DNA of 64,000 bases from Felis catus. Its lineage: Eukaryota. Shown in pieces: positions 1 to 12,700 of the stretch. The notes beneath the pieces were generated by a model, which worked only from the letters and a program-made list of their open reading frames with translations, made no database searches and had not been told where the DNA came from. The DNA lies in the NCBI RefSeq assembly GCF_018350175.1, contig NC_058368.1, forward strand, positions 141,486,001 through 141,550,000, given 5' to 3'. A program made the position numbers and the translations under genes. How positions within the stretch are numbered: the first letter of the stretch is position 1; each line of letters opens with the position of its first letter.

Positions 1-492
1 GTCTAAAGAGAAAAACGGACTTACCCTAAGGGAGATTCCTCCTTTTTCACAGAAACTACCAACTCATACTAGTAGCTCTCTCTCTTTGCTATCCTAATAA
101 GTAGAATTCCTTGCTGTCTACTTTTTTATCTAAAACAATCCACTCTCAGTTCCTCTCTGTACTTCCTCTTAGTCTTGACCTAGTTTTCCAACTGCTTTCA
201 TTCAAACCATCCAGTTTAACTGGGTTGATGCGGGAAGCCTTACCCTGTAAGTCATATAAGGCCTCAACCTATTCCCAGCTCTGTTTTTGTTTTCTACTCT
301 TTCTTTCACCCCTATTGCCACCCACAAGGTCCCTCAAGGTGTGCTGTGTTCTTCCTCCATGGAGTTGTATGTCTTAATAAATCTGAACTTGTTTCTTCTG
401 CATCCAGTGTGGATGTTATGTGCTGAGTCATCTGAACCTAGTGAAAATATGCCTGCCAACCCACTGTGGGCATTGGTAAGGTAATCAAAACA
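1..492 (+). mobile_element. Partial ERV-type LTR
   Basis: TATA-like CATATAAG (~253), AATAAA (~376), ends ...AAAACA where L1 sequence begins. Confidence 0.45.
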
Positions 493-985
493 AACATAGG
501 CATGTAAACACACAAATCAAGAATAAAATACTAGCAAATTGAATCCAGCTATATAAAGCTAATAAGATCACAATCCAATTAGGTTTATTTCAAGAATGTA
601 AGATTTGTTCAACATTTTCAAAAACCAGTGGAATTCACATTAACAAAATAAAGAACAAAAAGCCTCCAAATGACCATCTCAATGGATAAAGAAACTACGA
701 TTGTGGAACGGCCAATTTTCCTTTCATAACTTTTATTTGATATGTTATTAAAGGCATACAAATATAGGACTGTTACTTTTCCGTGGGATTGACCATTTTA
801 ACATTAAATGTGTCTGTCTCACTAAAATCTACTTCATCTTATATGTCTACAATAAATAGCTTTCTTGTGGATTATGTTTGCCTGGAATATCTTTTCCCAT
901 CCTTTTAATTTAAATCTTTCATGTTATATTTAAGATGTGGCACTATAAACAGCATACAGTTGGATTCAAAAATCAAGTGTGACAG

Positions 986-1200
986 GGGTATCTGCGTAGT
1001 TCAGTCGATTTAGTATCCAACTTCGGCTCAGGTCATGATCCCACAGTATGTGAGTTCAAGCCCCATGTCAGGCTCTGTGCTGACAGCTCAGAGCCTGGAG
1101 CCTGCTTTAGATTCTGTGTCTCCCTCTCTCTCTGCCTTCCCTTGCTGACATTCTGTCTCTGTGTCTCAAAAAAAAAAATTTTTTTTTTAATTAACAAAAA
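986..1200 (+). mobile_element. SINEC/CanSINE
   Basis: ggctcaggtcatgatc...gagttcaagcccc...(CT)n, A tail. Confidence 0.9.
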
Positions 1201-1421
1201 AATAGAGTGTGAGTTTGTCTTTTTAATTATTTAGCCCACTTACACTGACCATAATTATAATATTTGAGTCTAAATCTCTCAGCTTAATTCATATTTTCCA
1301 TTTGCCTCATGTGTTACTTGTTCCTTACTTTTTTCTCTATCAAGAATATATTATTATTCCATTTTCCCCCTGTATTGATTTGTTAGTGTTAATTTGTTAG
1401 TTGTTAATCAACAACTTTTTT

Positions 1422-2138
1422 TGTTGTATCAGCAGATCCCGAGATCATTTACAGGTTCAATGATTTCCAAGAACAACTCAGAACCCAGAAAAACTGTATA
1501 CTCACCATTATGATTTAATGCACTGAAAATACATAGGGTTAAAATCAGCAAGGGAAAATGTGCATAGTGTAATCTAGGAGACACCATGCTCAACTTGACC
1601 TCTCCCAGGGGAATCAGAGTAGCAGCACTTAATCCTCCCAGCAATGATGTATAACAACACATGCAAACAACTGCCAACAGGGGAAAGGCCAGGGAAACTC
1701 ACCCAAGTCTTAGTGTCCCGGGGTCCACCCCAGCTCTACTGAGATATTAACATATCTCATATACATATACAGAGGGTTTGGTTGCGATGGGGAGAGTGGG
1801 GGACCAGTCATCACATATAGGCATGGAACACCTGTCAGACTGACCTCAGCTAATCAATCTCCAGTGCAGCCCCTCCCACCACTACCTCCAAACTGATAAA
1901 GCATGTGGCCCAGGGCCACAGGTGAACAAAAGCACATGTTTACCAGAATTCACACTGTTAGCAAAAACTTAGCAGGCATGGTCCACAGCCTCATGTATGC
2001 AAAGACAGGATATCCAGGCAGAATACCCAAGGGCTTAGAGATTATTTCTCAGGAGTTGGTAAAGAGCTAGTCCTGAAGACCTGGAAATGTGCACAGTTTG
2101 ATCAACTAAGGCCTGATGAGTTAACCCTCTACTGTACA
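1422..2138 (-). mobile_element. MER21-like solo LTR
   Basis: TG...CA ends; aaaatcagcaagggaaaa, cttaatcctcccagcaa, gagttaaccctctactgtaca resemble MER21. Confidence 0.7.
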
Positions 2139-2789
2139 TTAGTTATATTCTCATTTGTTATTCTTTTATCAGTTTCCTTAGAGATGAGAACATGCATTAT
2201 TATCTACTAAAAATTAGTACTTTTACCATTTTCCAGACATGCAAGGATGTTACTTCAACACTATGAACCCCATCCCACATCTTGTGCTATTTTTAAAATA
2301 TAATTCTATACACATTTTTTAAACCCTATATTATTATTTTGGATAATCCAAAGCCACTTAATTTTATTCACGTATTTACCCTTTCTAGTGCCCTTCATTT
2401 CTTGCTGTTTTATTGTGTTTCCATCCAGTGATCATCTGCCTTCTGGCTAAAGAACTCCCTTTTAACGTACTGCAGTGGTGCAATCAGCGCACAGTATTTA
2501 TAAAGAATTCCCTTTTAGTACGTGTCTGCTGAAAATTTTAATTATTTTATCAGAAAATGTCCCTATTTTGCTTTCATTTCTGAAGAATTTTCCTCGTGTG
2601 TAGAATCTAAGGGTATTTTCTTTTAACACTTTAAAGATGTTAACCCAGTATCTTCTGGCTTCCATTATCTAGCTTCATGACTCACAGTTGGAAGGTTCTA
2701 TAGCCAGCACCTTCAGCATGCATTTTTAAAAGTCAAAGTTACACATAATGAAAGCAAATGGTTCAGCTTGTTGTTGTTCTTGGAATTAG

Positions 2790-3990
2790 GTTCTAAGAGC
2801 TTTTTTGTTTGTTTTGGTTTTTTTGGAATATGTTCTTCTGTCTCCTCATTTTGCTTGACTTTTGGTGTTTTGTCTTTTATAGATTAGGCTCAACAGTTAC
2901 TTCTCCTAAATGTGAAGGAATGGTCTTGTGTATGATTGTCTCCTGTGTATACTGTGTGTGGTTGGTGACTTTTGCTGGCTGACTGTGGCTGGCATAGGCT
3001 GGAGTCTGTGGGCTTTCCATATAGTGAACACCTGTTGGATAGCTAAAGCTGAAGTGGGTGCATGCCAGGATACCCCAGGGTGCTTGCCGCAGGGGGTGCT
3101 TTGGTAGGGTGGCTGGAGTTGATGAAGTGTGTGGGCCAGAAAGCCCCTGAACTCTCTGTGCAGAGGGTATTCTGGCAGGACAGTTGAGCCTAAAGTGGGT
3201 GCAAGCTGGGAGGACAGAAGACACCTTGGTAAGATAGCTGAAGCTGAAGTGGATGCAGACCATGGTGTTTCTGTATTTTCTGTGCAGAGAGCACCCTGCA
3301 GGGGCAGCTGGAGTCGAGGTGTGGTATAGGCCAAGAGGTCCTGAGGCACTTGATGCAGGGACGACCTGGTGTGACAGCTAAAACTAAAATGGGCAAGGAC
3401 TCGTTGGGTCCCTGGGCTATCCACACAAAATGTGCCCTGGAAGGACAGCTGAAGATGAATTGGGTGGTATCCCAAGGTGTTTGGCCCTAACCAGGCAACT
3501 GGAGGCCAGGCCAGCCTGGGCATGAGGGTCCCAGGGTGCTCAACACAGGGGTTACCCCAGCAGGGATAGCCAGATCTGAAACAGATGTCAAGTGAGACAT
3601 TCCCATGTATTCTGCACCAAGGTACCGTAGCAATCCTCCTGAAGATGAAGTGATGTGAGCCTGGAGTGTTTTGGGGAGCTTTGTACCTGTGTCACTTCGG
3701 TGTGAAGGCTGAGGCTGTAGTGAACACTAACCAGTGGTGTCCCAGTGTGCACTGCCCTGTGGATGCCTTGGTGAGACAGCTGGGGCTGGTATGGGCTAGA
3801 GATTGGGGCTCACTCAGGTGGCAGGCTGGTTACAGTAACTAGACTGTGCACTGGTCTGTGTTTTGAAGGTAAAGGGAAGTGTACACCATGTCTGTTAGAC
3901 CCTCCTACATGAAGATTCCACCAGCTTCCCCACTGTTTGTCAGAGTTCTAAGGCTGGCTCTTCTATAAGCTAGTTGCTCTTTTAAACTAC
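2790..3990 (-). mobile_element. L1 5' UTR / ORF1-start fragment with ~70-bp tandem monomers
   Basis: 2800-2940 resembles the L1 5'UTR/ORF1 boundary also seen at 13320-13460; followed by a GC-rich repeat array. Confidence 0.55.
2975..3800. repeat. Degenerate ~70-bp tandem array, about 12 units
   Basis: Core agctg(a/g)agctgaagtggg recurs at ~3041, 3111, 3182, 3236, 3306, 3376, 3447, 3497, 3568, 3638, 3707, 3778. Confidence 0.75.
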
Positions 3991-3998
3991 AACTTGTA

Positions 3999-4201
3999 GG
4001 GGCGCCTGGGTGGCTCAGTCAATTGAGTGTCCGACCTCGGCTCAGGTCATGATCTCACAGTCTGTGAGTTCAAGCCCCGCATCGGGCTCTGTGCTGATGG
4101 CTCAGAGCCTAGAGCCTGCTTCCAATTCTGTGTCTCCCTCTCTCTCTGCCCCTTCCCTGCTCATGCTCTGTCTCTGTCTCAAAAATAAATAAAAAAAATT
4201 T
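3999..4201 (+). mobile_element. SINEC_Fc
   Basis: ggggcgcctgggtggctcag head; TSD aaactacaacttgta. Confidence 0.95.
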
Positions 4202-4249
4202 AAACTACAACTTGTAAAAACGTCTTAATTTTTAATATTTAATTACTTA

Positions 4250-4476
4250 ATTTTTAAAATGTTTATTTTGAGAGAGAGAGAGGGAGGGAGGGAGAGAGAG
4301 AGAAAGTACGCATGTGCATGAGCAGGGGAGGGGCGGAGAGAGAAAAAGAGAGATCCCAAGAGATCCTAAGCCAGTGCACAGCGCAACACAGGGCTCAATC
4401 TCATGACCCACAAGATCATGACCGAAGGTGAAATCAAGAGCCAGATGATTAATTGAGTTAGCCTCCAAGGTGCCCC
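4250..4476 (-). mobile_element. SINEC
   Basis: Antisense SINE ending aaggtgcccc; TSD-like taatt(t)actta. Confidence 0.9.
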
Positions 4477-5569
4477 TAATTTACTTATTTTAATTCTGGT
4501 GTAGTTAACATACAGTGTTATAGTTTAGTTGTATAATATAGTGATTCAACAATTCCATATATTACTTAATGCTCATCAAGATAACTGTAATCTTAATCCC
4601 CTTCACTTATTTCACCCATCTCCTCACCCACCACGTCTCTGGTAATCATGTGTTTATTCTCTGTAGTCTTTTTGTTTGTCTCTCTCTCTCGCTCTTTTTT
4701 CTCCTTTGTTCATTTGTTTCCTAAATTCCACAAATGAGTGAAATTGTATTTTTCCTTCTCTGACTGGCTTATTTCTCTTAGCTTTATACTTTCTAGCTCC
4801 ATCCTTGTTGTTTCAAATGGCAAGATTTCATTTTTTTAAGTTTTTATTTAAATTCTAATTAGTTAACACACAGTGTAACATTAGTTCCAGGTGTACAATT
4901 TAGTTATTTGACACTTCCATACAACATCTGGTGCTCATCACGAGTGCACTCCTTAATCCCCATCATCTATTCTATCTTCCCACCGATCTCCCTGCTGATA
5001 TCCATCAGTTTGTTCTCTGCAGCTAAGAATCTGTTTCTTGGTTTGCTTCTCTTTTTTTCCCCTTTAATCATTTTTTATGGCTGAATAATATCCTATTGTA
5101 TATATATATATATACTGCATCTTCTTTATCCATTCATTTACCAATAGACACTTAGGCTACTTCCATAATTTGGCTACTGCAAAGAGTGCTGTAGTAAACA
5201 TAGGGGTGCATGTATCTCTTCGAATTGGTGTTTTCATATTCTTCGGGTAAATATCCAGTAGTGTGATTACTGGAATGTAGGGTGGTTATATTTTTAATTT
5301 TTTTTGAGGAACCTCCATAGTGTTTTCCACAGTGGCTGCACCAGTTTGTATTCCCACCAACAGTACACAAGGGGTGCTTTTTCTCCACATCCTCACCAAC
5401 ACTTGTTTATTTCAGTCATTCTGACAGGTTTAAAGTATTACCTCATTGTGGTTGTGATTTGCATTTCCCTGATGATGAGTGATGTTCAGCATCTTTTCAT
5501 GTGTCTTTGGCTATCTGGATGTCCTCTTTGGAGACATTTCTGTTCATGTCTTCTGCCCATTTTTATATT

Positions 5570-5766
5570 ATTTTTTTTTAAGTTTGTTTATTTGAGAGAG
5601 AGACAGCATGTGCAAGTGGGGGAGGGGCAGAGAGACAGGAAGAGAAAACCCCAAGTGCTAACAGTGCAGAGCCCGATGCTGGGCTCAAACTCTCAAACTG
5701 TGAGATCATGACTTGAGCTGAAATCAAGAGTCAGATGCTTAACTGAATGAGCCACCTGGGTGCCTC
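5570..5766 (-). mobile_element. SINEC nested in L1
   Basis: Antisense SINE ending gccacctgggtgcctc; TSD-like cccattttta. Confidence 0.9.
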
Positions 5767-6371
5767 ATTCCCATTTTTAATCTGATTATTTGTTTCTAGT
5801 GTTGAGTTATGTAACTTCTTTTGTATACTACCTCTTTATCAGATATGTCACTTGCAAATACCTTCTCCCATTTAGTAGGCTGTCTTTTAGTTTTGTTGAT
5901 CATTTCCTTTGCCATGCAGAGCTTTTTATTTTGATGTTTTCCTGATAGTTTATTTTTGCCTTTGTTTCCATTGCCTCAGGATATGTATCTAGAAGATTCT
6001 GTTACAGCCGAAGTCAGACAAATTATTGCATGTGCTCTCTTCTAGGAATTGTATGGTTTCACATCTCATATTTAGGTCCTTAATCCATTTTAAGTTTATT
6101 TGTGTGTATGGTGTAAGTGGTCCAGTATTATTCTTTTGCATGTAGCTGTCTAATTTTCCCAATGCCATTTGTTGGAGAGACTATCTTTTTCCCATTGCAC
6201 ATTCTTGCCTTGTCAAAAATTAACTGAACATATAATTGTGGGCTTATTTCTGGGGTCTCTGTTCTGTTCCACTGATCTGTGTGTCTATATTTGTGCCAGT
6301 ACCAAACTGTTTGATTACTACAGGCTTGTAGTGTAACTTGAAGTCTGTGATACCTCCAGTTTTGTTCTTTT

Positions 6372-6581
6372 TTTTTTTTTTTAACGTTTATTTATTTTTG
6401 AGAGAGAGACAGAGTGCAAGCAGGGGAGGGGCAGAGAGACAGGGAGACACAGAATCTGAAGCAGGCTCCAGGCTCTGAGCTGTCAGCTCAGAGCCCGACA
6501 TGGGGCTCGAACTCACGAACTGCGAGATCATGACCTGAGCCGAAGTCGGATGCTTAACTAATTGAGCCACCCAGGCGCCCC
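6372..6581 (-). mobile_element. SINEC_Fc nested in L1
   Basis: Ends ccacccaggcgcccc; TSD gttttgttcttttt. Confidence 0.95.
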
Positions 6582-7908
6582 AGGTTTTGTTCTTTTTCAA
6601 GATTGCTTTGGCTATTTGGGGGTTTTTGTGTTTCACACAAATTTTATGATTATTTGTTCTAGTTCTGTGAATAATGCTGTTTCTATTTTGATAAGGTTGC
6701 ATTAAATCCATAGGTTGTTTTGGGCAGTATGAACATTTTAACAATAGTTTTTCATCCAATCCATCAAAATGGAATGTCTTTACATTTCTTTGTGTCTTCA
6801 ATTTCTTTCATGAATATTTTATAATTTTCAGAGTACAGGTCTTTCACTTCTTTAGTTAAGTATTCCTAGGTATTTTATTATTTTTGATGCAATCATAAAT
6901 GGGATTATTTTCTTAATTTTTCTTTGGTAGAATTCACCTGTGAAGATGTCTGGTCCCGGACTGTTGTTTGTTGGGAGATTTTTGATTATGGATTCAATTT
7001 CATTACTGGTAATCTATGTGTTCAAATTTTCTGTTTCTTCCTGTTTCAGTTTTGGTACGTTGTATGTTTCTAGGAATGTGTCCATTTTTTCCAGGTTGTC
7101 CAATTGTTGGCATATAGTTTTTCATAACATTCTCTTAACAATTGTTTGTACTCCTGTGGTGTTGGTTATTTCTTCTCATCTTTAATTTGTGATTTTGTTT
7201 ATGTGGGCTCCCTCTTCCTCCATTTTTCATGAGTCTGGCTAGAGGTTTATCAGTATTTTTTATTTTTTCATAGAACCAGCTCCTGATTTCATTGATATGT
7301 TCTATTGTTTAGGAGTGGGTGGGGGGAGGTTGGGTTTTTTGTTTTTGTTTCTGTATTATTTATTTCTGCTCTAATCTTTACTATTTCATTCTTTCGGCTG
7401 AGTTTGGGTTTTATTTGTTCTTCTCTTTCTAGTTCCTTCAGATACAAAGTGAACCAACCTTATTTGAGACTTTTCTTGCTTCTTGATGTAGGCCTGTATT
7501 GCTATAAACTTTCCTATTAGAACTGTTTTATTGTATCCCAGAGGTTTTGGACACTTGGGTTTTCATTTTCATTTGTCTCCAATTTTTTTTTTTTTAATTT
7601 CCTCTTTGGTTTCTTGGTTGACCATTGTTTAGTATCATGTTATTTAATTTCCATAGATTTGTGGTCTTTCCAGATTTTGTCTTGCAGTTGATTTCTAGTT
7701 TCATAGTTTTGTAGTCAGAAAGGATGAATGAATCAACTTTGATATTTTTGAATTTGGTAAGACTTGTTTTGTAACCGAATATGTGATCTATTCTGGAGAA
7801 TGTTCCACATGCATTTGAAAAGAATGTGTATTCTATTTATGATGGAATATTTTGAATATATATGTTAAATCCATCTGGTCCAGTGTGTCATTCAAAGCCA
7901 CCATTTCC

Positions 7909-8067
7909 AGAGCACCTGGTTGGCTCAATTGCTTAAGCGTCCAACTTCGGCTCAGGTCATGATCTCGCGGCTTGTGAGCTGCTGATAGCTCAGAGCCTGG
8001 AGCCTGCCCCTCCCCGACTCGTGCTCTGTTTCTTTCTCTCTCTCTCTCTCAAAGAAAAAAAAAATTT
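7909..8067 (+). mobile_element. Internally deleted SINEC
   Basis: TSD aaagccaccatttcc. Confidence 0.9.
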
Positions 8068-8316
8068 AAAGCCACCATTTCCTTGTTGATTTTCTATTTG
8101 GATGATCTGTCCATTGATGCAAGTGGGGTGTTAACATTCCATACTATTACCATTAGTGCATTACTATCGATTAGTTCCTTTATGTTGTTATTAAGTGTTT
8201 TATATATTTTGGTGAAATCATGTTGGGTACATAAATATTTACAATTGTTATATCTTCTTGTTGGATTGTCTTTTAAATTATTATATGATGTCTGTCTCTT
8301 GTTACATTCTTCATTT

Positions 8317-8536
8317 AAAATTTTTTTTTCAACGTTTTTTTATTTATTTTTGGGACAGAGAGAGACAGAGCATGAACGGGGGAGGGACAGAGAGAGAGGG
8401 AGACACAGAATCGGAAACAGGCTCCAGGCTCCGAGCCATCAGCCCAGAGCCTGACGCGGGGCTCGAACTCACGGACCGCGAGATCGTGACCTGGCTGAAG
8501 CCAGACGCTTAACCGACTGCGCCACCCAGGCGCCCC
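8317..8536 (-). mobile_element. Young SINEC_Fc
   Basis: CpG-rich, near-consensus; TSD tacattcttcattt. Confidence 0.95.
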
Positions 8537-9496
8537 TACATTCTTCATTTTAAAGTCAACTTTGATATAGGAATTCCTACTCCATCTCTCTTTTCCCATT
8601 TATTTGCATGATACATATGTCTCTGTCCCCTCATTTTGAATCTACAAGTGTCTTCTTGTCTGAAATGAGTCTGTTATAGGCAGCATATTGATGGTTTGTT
8701 TGTATTGTTTTTATTCCGTAATCCTGTGTCTTCTGAATGAAGCATTCAGTCCATTTATATGCAAAGTAATTATTGATAGGTATGTATTTATTGTCATCAT
8801 GTTACTTGTTTTGTGGTTGTTTTTGTAGTTCTTCTCCCTTCTTTTCTTCTCTTGCTCTATTCTCTCACGGTTTGCTGGCTTGATTTCTTGATAGCTTAAT
8901 TCCTTTCTCTTTATTTGCTGTGTATCACTGGTTTTTGACTTGTGGTTACCATTAGGTTTGTGTATATCATCTTATGCATATAACAGTCTATATTAAGTTG
9001 ATGGTCGCTTCAATTTCAACCCATTCTTTACACCTCCCCTCCACTACCACATTTTGGGTATATGGTATCATACTTTACATCCTTTTATTTTGTGAATCTC
9101 TTCACTGATTTTTATAGATATATTTATTTTTACTGCTTTTGTGTTTCCTACTTTTAATACTCTTACTTATGACCTTTACTTTCCAAAGAGTCCACTTTAA
9201 TTATTTCTTGTAGGGCTACTTCAATAGTCATACACCCCTTTAGCTTTTGTTTGTCTGGGAAAATCTTTCTCTCTCCTTCTATTCTGAATGATAGCCATGC
9301 TGGGGAGAGTATTTTGGGCTGCAGATTTTTTCCTTTCAGCAGTCTGAAAACATTATTCCAGTCTCTTCTGGCCTACAAAGTTTCTGTTGAAAAATCCCCT
9401 AACAAGAAAAAATACTTTCTAACAGAGAGGGAGGCAGACCATAAGAGACTCTTAAATACAGAGAACAAACTGAGGGTTGATGGGAGTGTGACAGAG

Positions 9497-9605
9497 GATA
9501 TATATATACTTATGTATGTGTATATATACACATATATGTATATATATATACATACATAAGTATATATATACATATATGTATATGTATATATATGTGTGTG
9601 TGTGT

Positions 9606-9648
<43 letters not shown>
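9497..9648. repeat. Compound (TA)/(TG)/(CA) microsatellite
   Basis: Seen directly. Confidence 0.95.
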
Positions 9649-9650
<2 letters not shown>

Positions 9651-9724
9651 GGGGGGAGAGAAATATCTAATAGCCTTATGGGGTTTCCCTTATATGTAAC
9701 TATCTTCTTTTCTCTTGCTGCTTT

Positions 9725-12700
9725 TTTTTCTTTCCAAGATTTTATTTTAATTCAAGTTAGTTAACATATAATGTAGTATTGGTTTCAGAAAGTAGAATTC
9801 AATGATTTGTCACATATATAACAGCCAGTGCTTATCACAAGTGCCCTCCTCAATGCCCCTCACCCATTTAGCCCATTCCCTCACCCACCTCCCCTCCAGC
9901 AACCTTCAGTTCATTCTCTATGGTTAAGAGTCTCTAATGGTTTGCCTCCCTCTCTGTTTTTATCTTATTTTATTTTTCCTTCCCTTCTACTATGTTCATC
10001 TGTTTTCTTTCTTGATTTCCACGAGTGAAATACTATGGTATTTGTCTTTCTCTGACTTATTTCACTTAGCATAATACACTCTAGTTTCATCATTGCAAAT
10101 GGCAAGATTTCATTCTTTTTGATCACTGAGTAATATTCCATTGAATATATATACCACATCTTCTTTATCCATTCACCAGTCGATGGACATTTGGACTCCT
10201 TCCATACTTTGGCTATTGTTGATAGCGCTGCTATAAACACTGGGGTGCATGTTCCCCTTCCCATCAGTATTTTTGTATCCTTTAGATTAATACCTAGCAG
10301 TGCAATTGCTGGGTCATAGGGTCATTCTATCTTTAACTTTCTGAGGAGACTTCACACTATTTTCCAGAGTGGCTGCACCAGTTCACATTTCCACCAACAG
10401 TGCAAGAGGGTTCTCCTTTCTCTGCATCCTCACCAACATCTGTCATTTACTGAGTTACTAATTTTAGCCATTCTGACTGGTGTGTGGTGGTATCTCATCA
10501 TGGTTTTGATTTGTATTTCCCTAATGATGAGTGATGTTGAGCATCTGTTCATGTTTCTATTAGCCATCTGGATACCTTCTTTGGAAAAGTGTCTATTCAT
10601 GTCTTCTGCCCATTTCTTAACTGGATTATTCGTTTTTTGGGTGTTGAATTTGATAAATTCTTTCTAGATTTTGATCCTGGCCCTTTATCCGATATATTTG
10701 CAAATATCTTCTCCCATTCCATAGGTTGCCTTTTAGTTTTGTTGATTGTTTCCTTCACTGTACAGGAGTGACCTTGATGAGGTCCCAAGAGTCCATTTTT
10801 GCTTTTGTCTCCCTTGCCTCCGGAGACATGTCTAATAAGAAGTTACTCTGGCTGAGGTCAAAGATGTTGCCGCCTACGTTCTCCTCTAGGATTTTGATGG
10901 TTTCTTGTATCACATTTGATTCTTTCATCATTTTGAATTTATTTTTGTGTATGGTGTAAGAAATTGGTCCACTTTCATTCTTGTGCATGTCACTCTCGAA
11001 TTTTCTCAACACCGTTTATTAACAAGACTTTTTTTCCATTGGATGTTCTTTTTTGCTTTGCCAAAAATGAGTTGACCATACAGTCGTGGGTCCATTTCTG
11101 GGTTCTCTGTTATGTTCCATTGATTTATGTGTCTGGTTTTTGTGCCAATGCCATACTGTGTTGATGATTACAACTTTGTAATACAGCTTCAAGTCTGGAA
11201 TGGTGATGCCTCCTACTTTGCTTTTTTAACATTACCTTGGCTATTTGGGTATCTTTTCTGGTTCCATACAAATTTGAGAATTGTTTGTTCTAGCTCTGTG
11301 AACAATGATGGTGTTATTTTGATAGGGACTGAATTGAATTGTAGACTGCTTTAGATAGTATAGACATTTCAATGATATTTGTTCGTCTAATGCTTGGGCA
11401 TGGAATGTTTTTCCATTTCTTTGTGTCTTCTTCAGTTTGTTTCCTAAGTGTTCTACAGTTTTCAGAGCACCGATCTTTTATCTCTGTTAGGTTTATTCCT
11501 AGATATCTTACAGGTTTCAGGGCAGTTGCAAATGGGGTTGATTCCTTGATTTCTCTTTCTGCTGCTTCATTATCGGTATATAAAAATGCAACAGATTTCT
11601 ACATGTTGATTTTATATCTTACAATTTTTTGGTGGAGTCTTTCAGGTTTTGTACATAAAGTATCACATCATCTGTGAAGAATGAAAGTTTGACTTTTACC
11701 TTGCCTGATTTGTGATCTAGTTTGTGATCTATTCCAAATGATGTCCCATGTGCACTGGAAAAGGGATGTATCCTGCTGCTTTAGGATGGAATGTTCTGAA
11801 CATATCTGTTAAGTCCATCTGGTCCAGTGTGTCATTCAGCATCAGTATTTCCTTGTTTATTTTCTGTGTACATGATAGGTGCATTGATGTAAACGGGGTG
11901 TTAAAGTACCCTAACATTATTGTATTATCAGTGAGTTTGTTTGTAATTAATTATTTTATACATTTGGGTATTCCCATGTTCAGTGTTTAAGTATTTAGAA
12001 TTTTTTTTTTCTTGTTTGATTGTCCCCTTTCTTATGATACAGTGCCTTCTTCATCTCTTGTTACAGTCTTTGGTTTAAAGTTTATTTTGTTAAATACAAG
12101 TATTGCTACTCTCGCTTTAAGTCCATGTGTATGATCAATGTTTCCCCATCCCCTCACTTTTAATCTGCAGTTGTCTTTATGTCTAAAATGAGTCTCTTAT
12201 ATAAGCAGCATATAGATGGGCCTTGTTTTGTTATCCATTCTGTCATCCTATGCCTTTTGAGTGGAGCGTTTACTCCACTTACTCCACTTACTCCACTTAC
12301 TCCACTTTACTCCACTTACTAATATCTAATTACTCCACTTACTAATTACTAATTACTTACTAATTACTCCACTTGCTAATATCTAATTGTTGATAGATAT
12401 GTATATATTGCCATTTTATTACTAGTTTTGTCATTGTTTCTGGAGATTTTCTTTATTTCTTTCTTATCTTTGTCACTTTTGGTCTTTCCTTTTCATGCAA
12501 AGGAATTCTGAGTGAAATTTCTTTAATATTTCTTGCAGGGCTGGTTTAGTGGAAACGAACACCTTTAGTTTTTGTTTGTTTGGCAAACTCTCTCTCTCTC
12601 TCTCCTTCTATTCTGAATGGTAGCCTTGCTGGATAGAGTATTCTTAACTGCAGATTATCATGCCACCCCCTCTGACTTCTTAAGTTTCTATTGAGAGATC

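Larger units (their letters stand above)
493..2700. mobile_element. Old L1 fragments: plus-strand ORF2 piece 493-695, then minus-strand ORF2/ORF1 pieces, interrupted by a SINE and an LTR
   Basis: aataaaatactagcaaattgaatccagc (NKILAN-IQ); antisense endonuclease and ORF1 phrases such as cagcatacagttggattc and ttttaacactttaaagatg. Confidence 0.65.
4480..9722 (-). mobile_element. Carnivore L1, 3' UTR to ORF1, with a gap in the RT core and nested inserts
   Basis: Antisense 3'UTR, ORF2 (e.g. KAILKKNK), inter-ORF and ORF1 segments; jump at ~6922; nested short L1 3' end at 4838-5065. Confidence 0.85.

Noticed and set aside
2975..3800. CRISPR-like repeat/spacer appearance
   Set aside because: Whole units are homologous and degenerate, the context is mammalian, and there are no cas genes.
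3999..4090. tRNA-like A/B boxes in SINE heads
   Set aside because: tRNA-derived SINE sequence, not tRNA genes.
9373..9764. CVCV / HTHT / YIYI ORFs here and elsewhere
   Set aside because: Translations of dinucleotide microsatellites.
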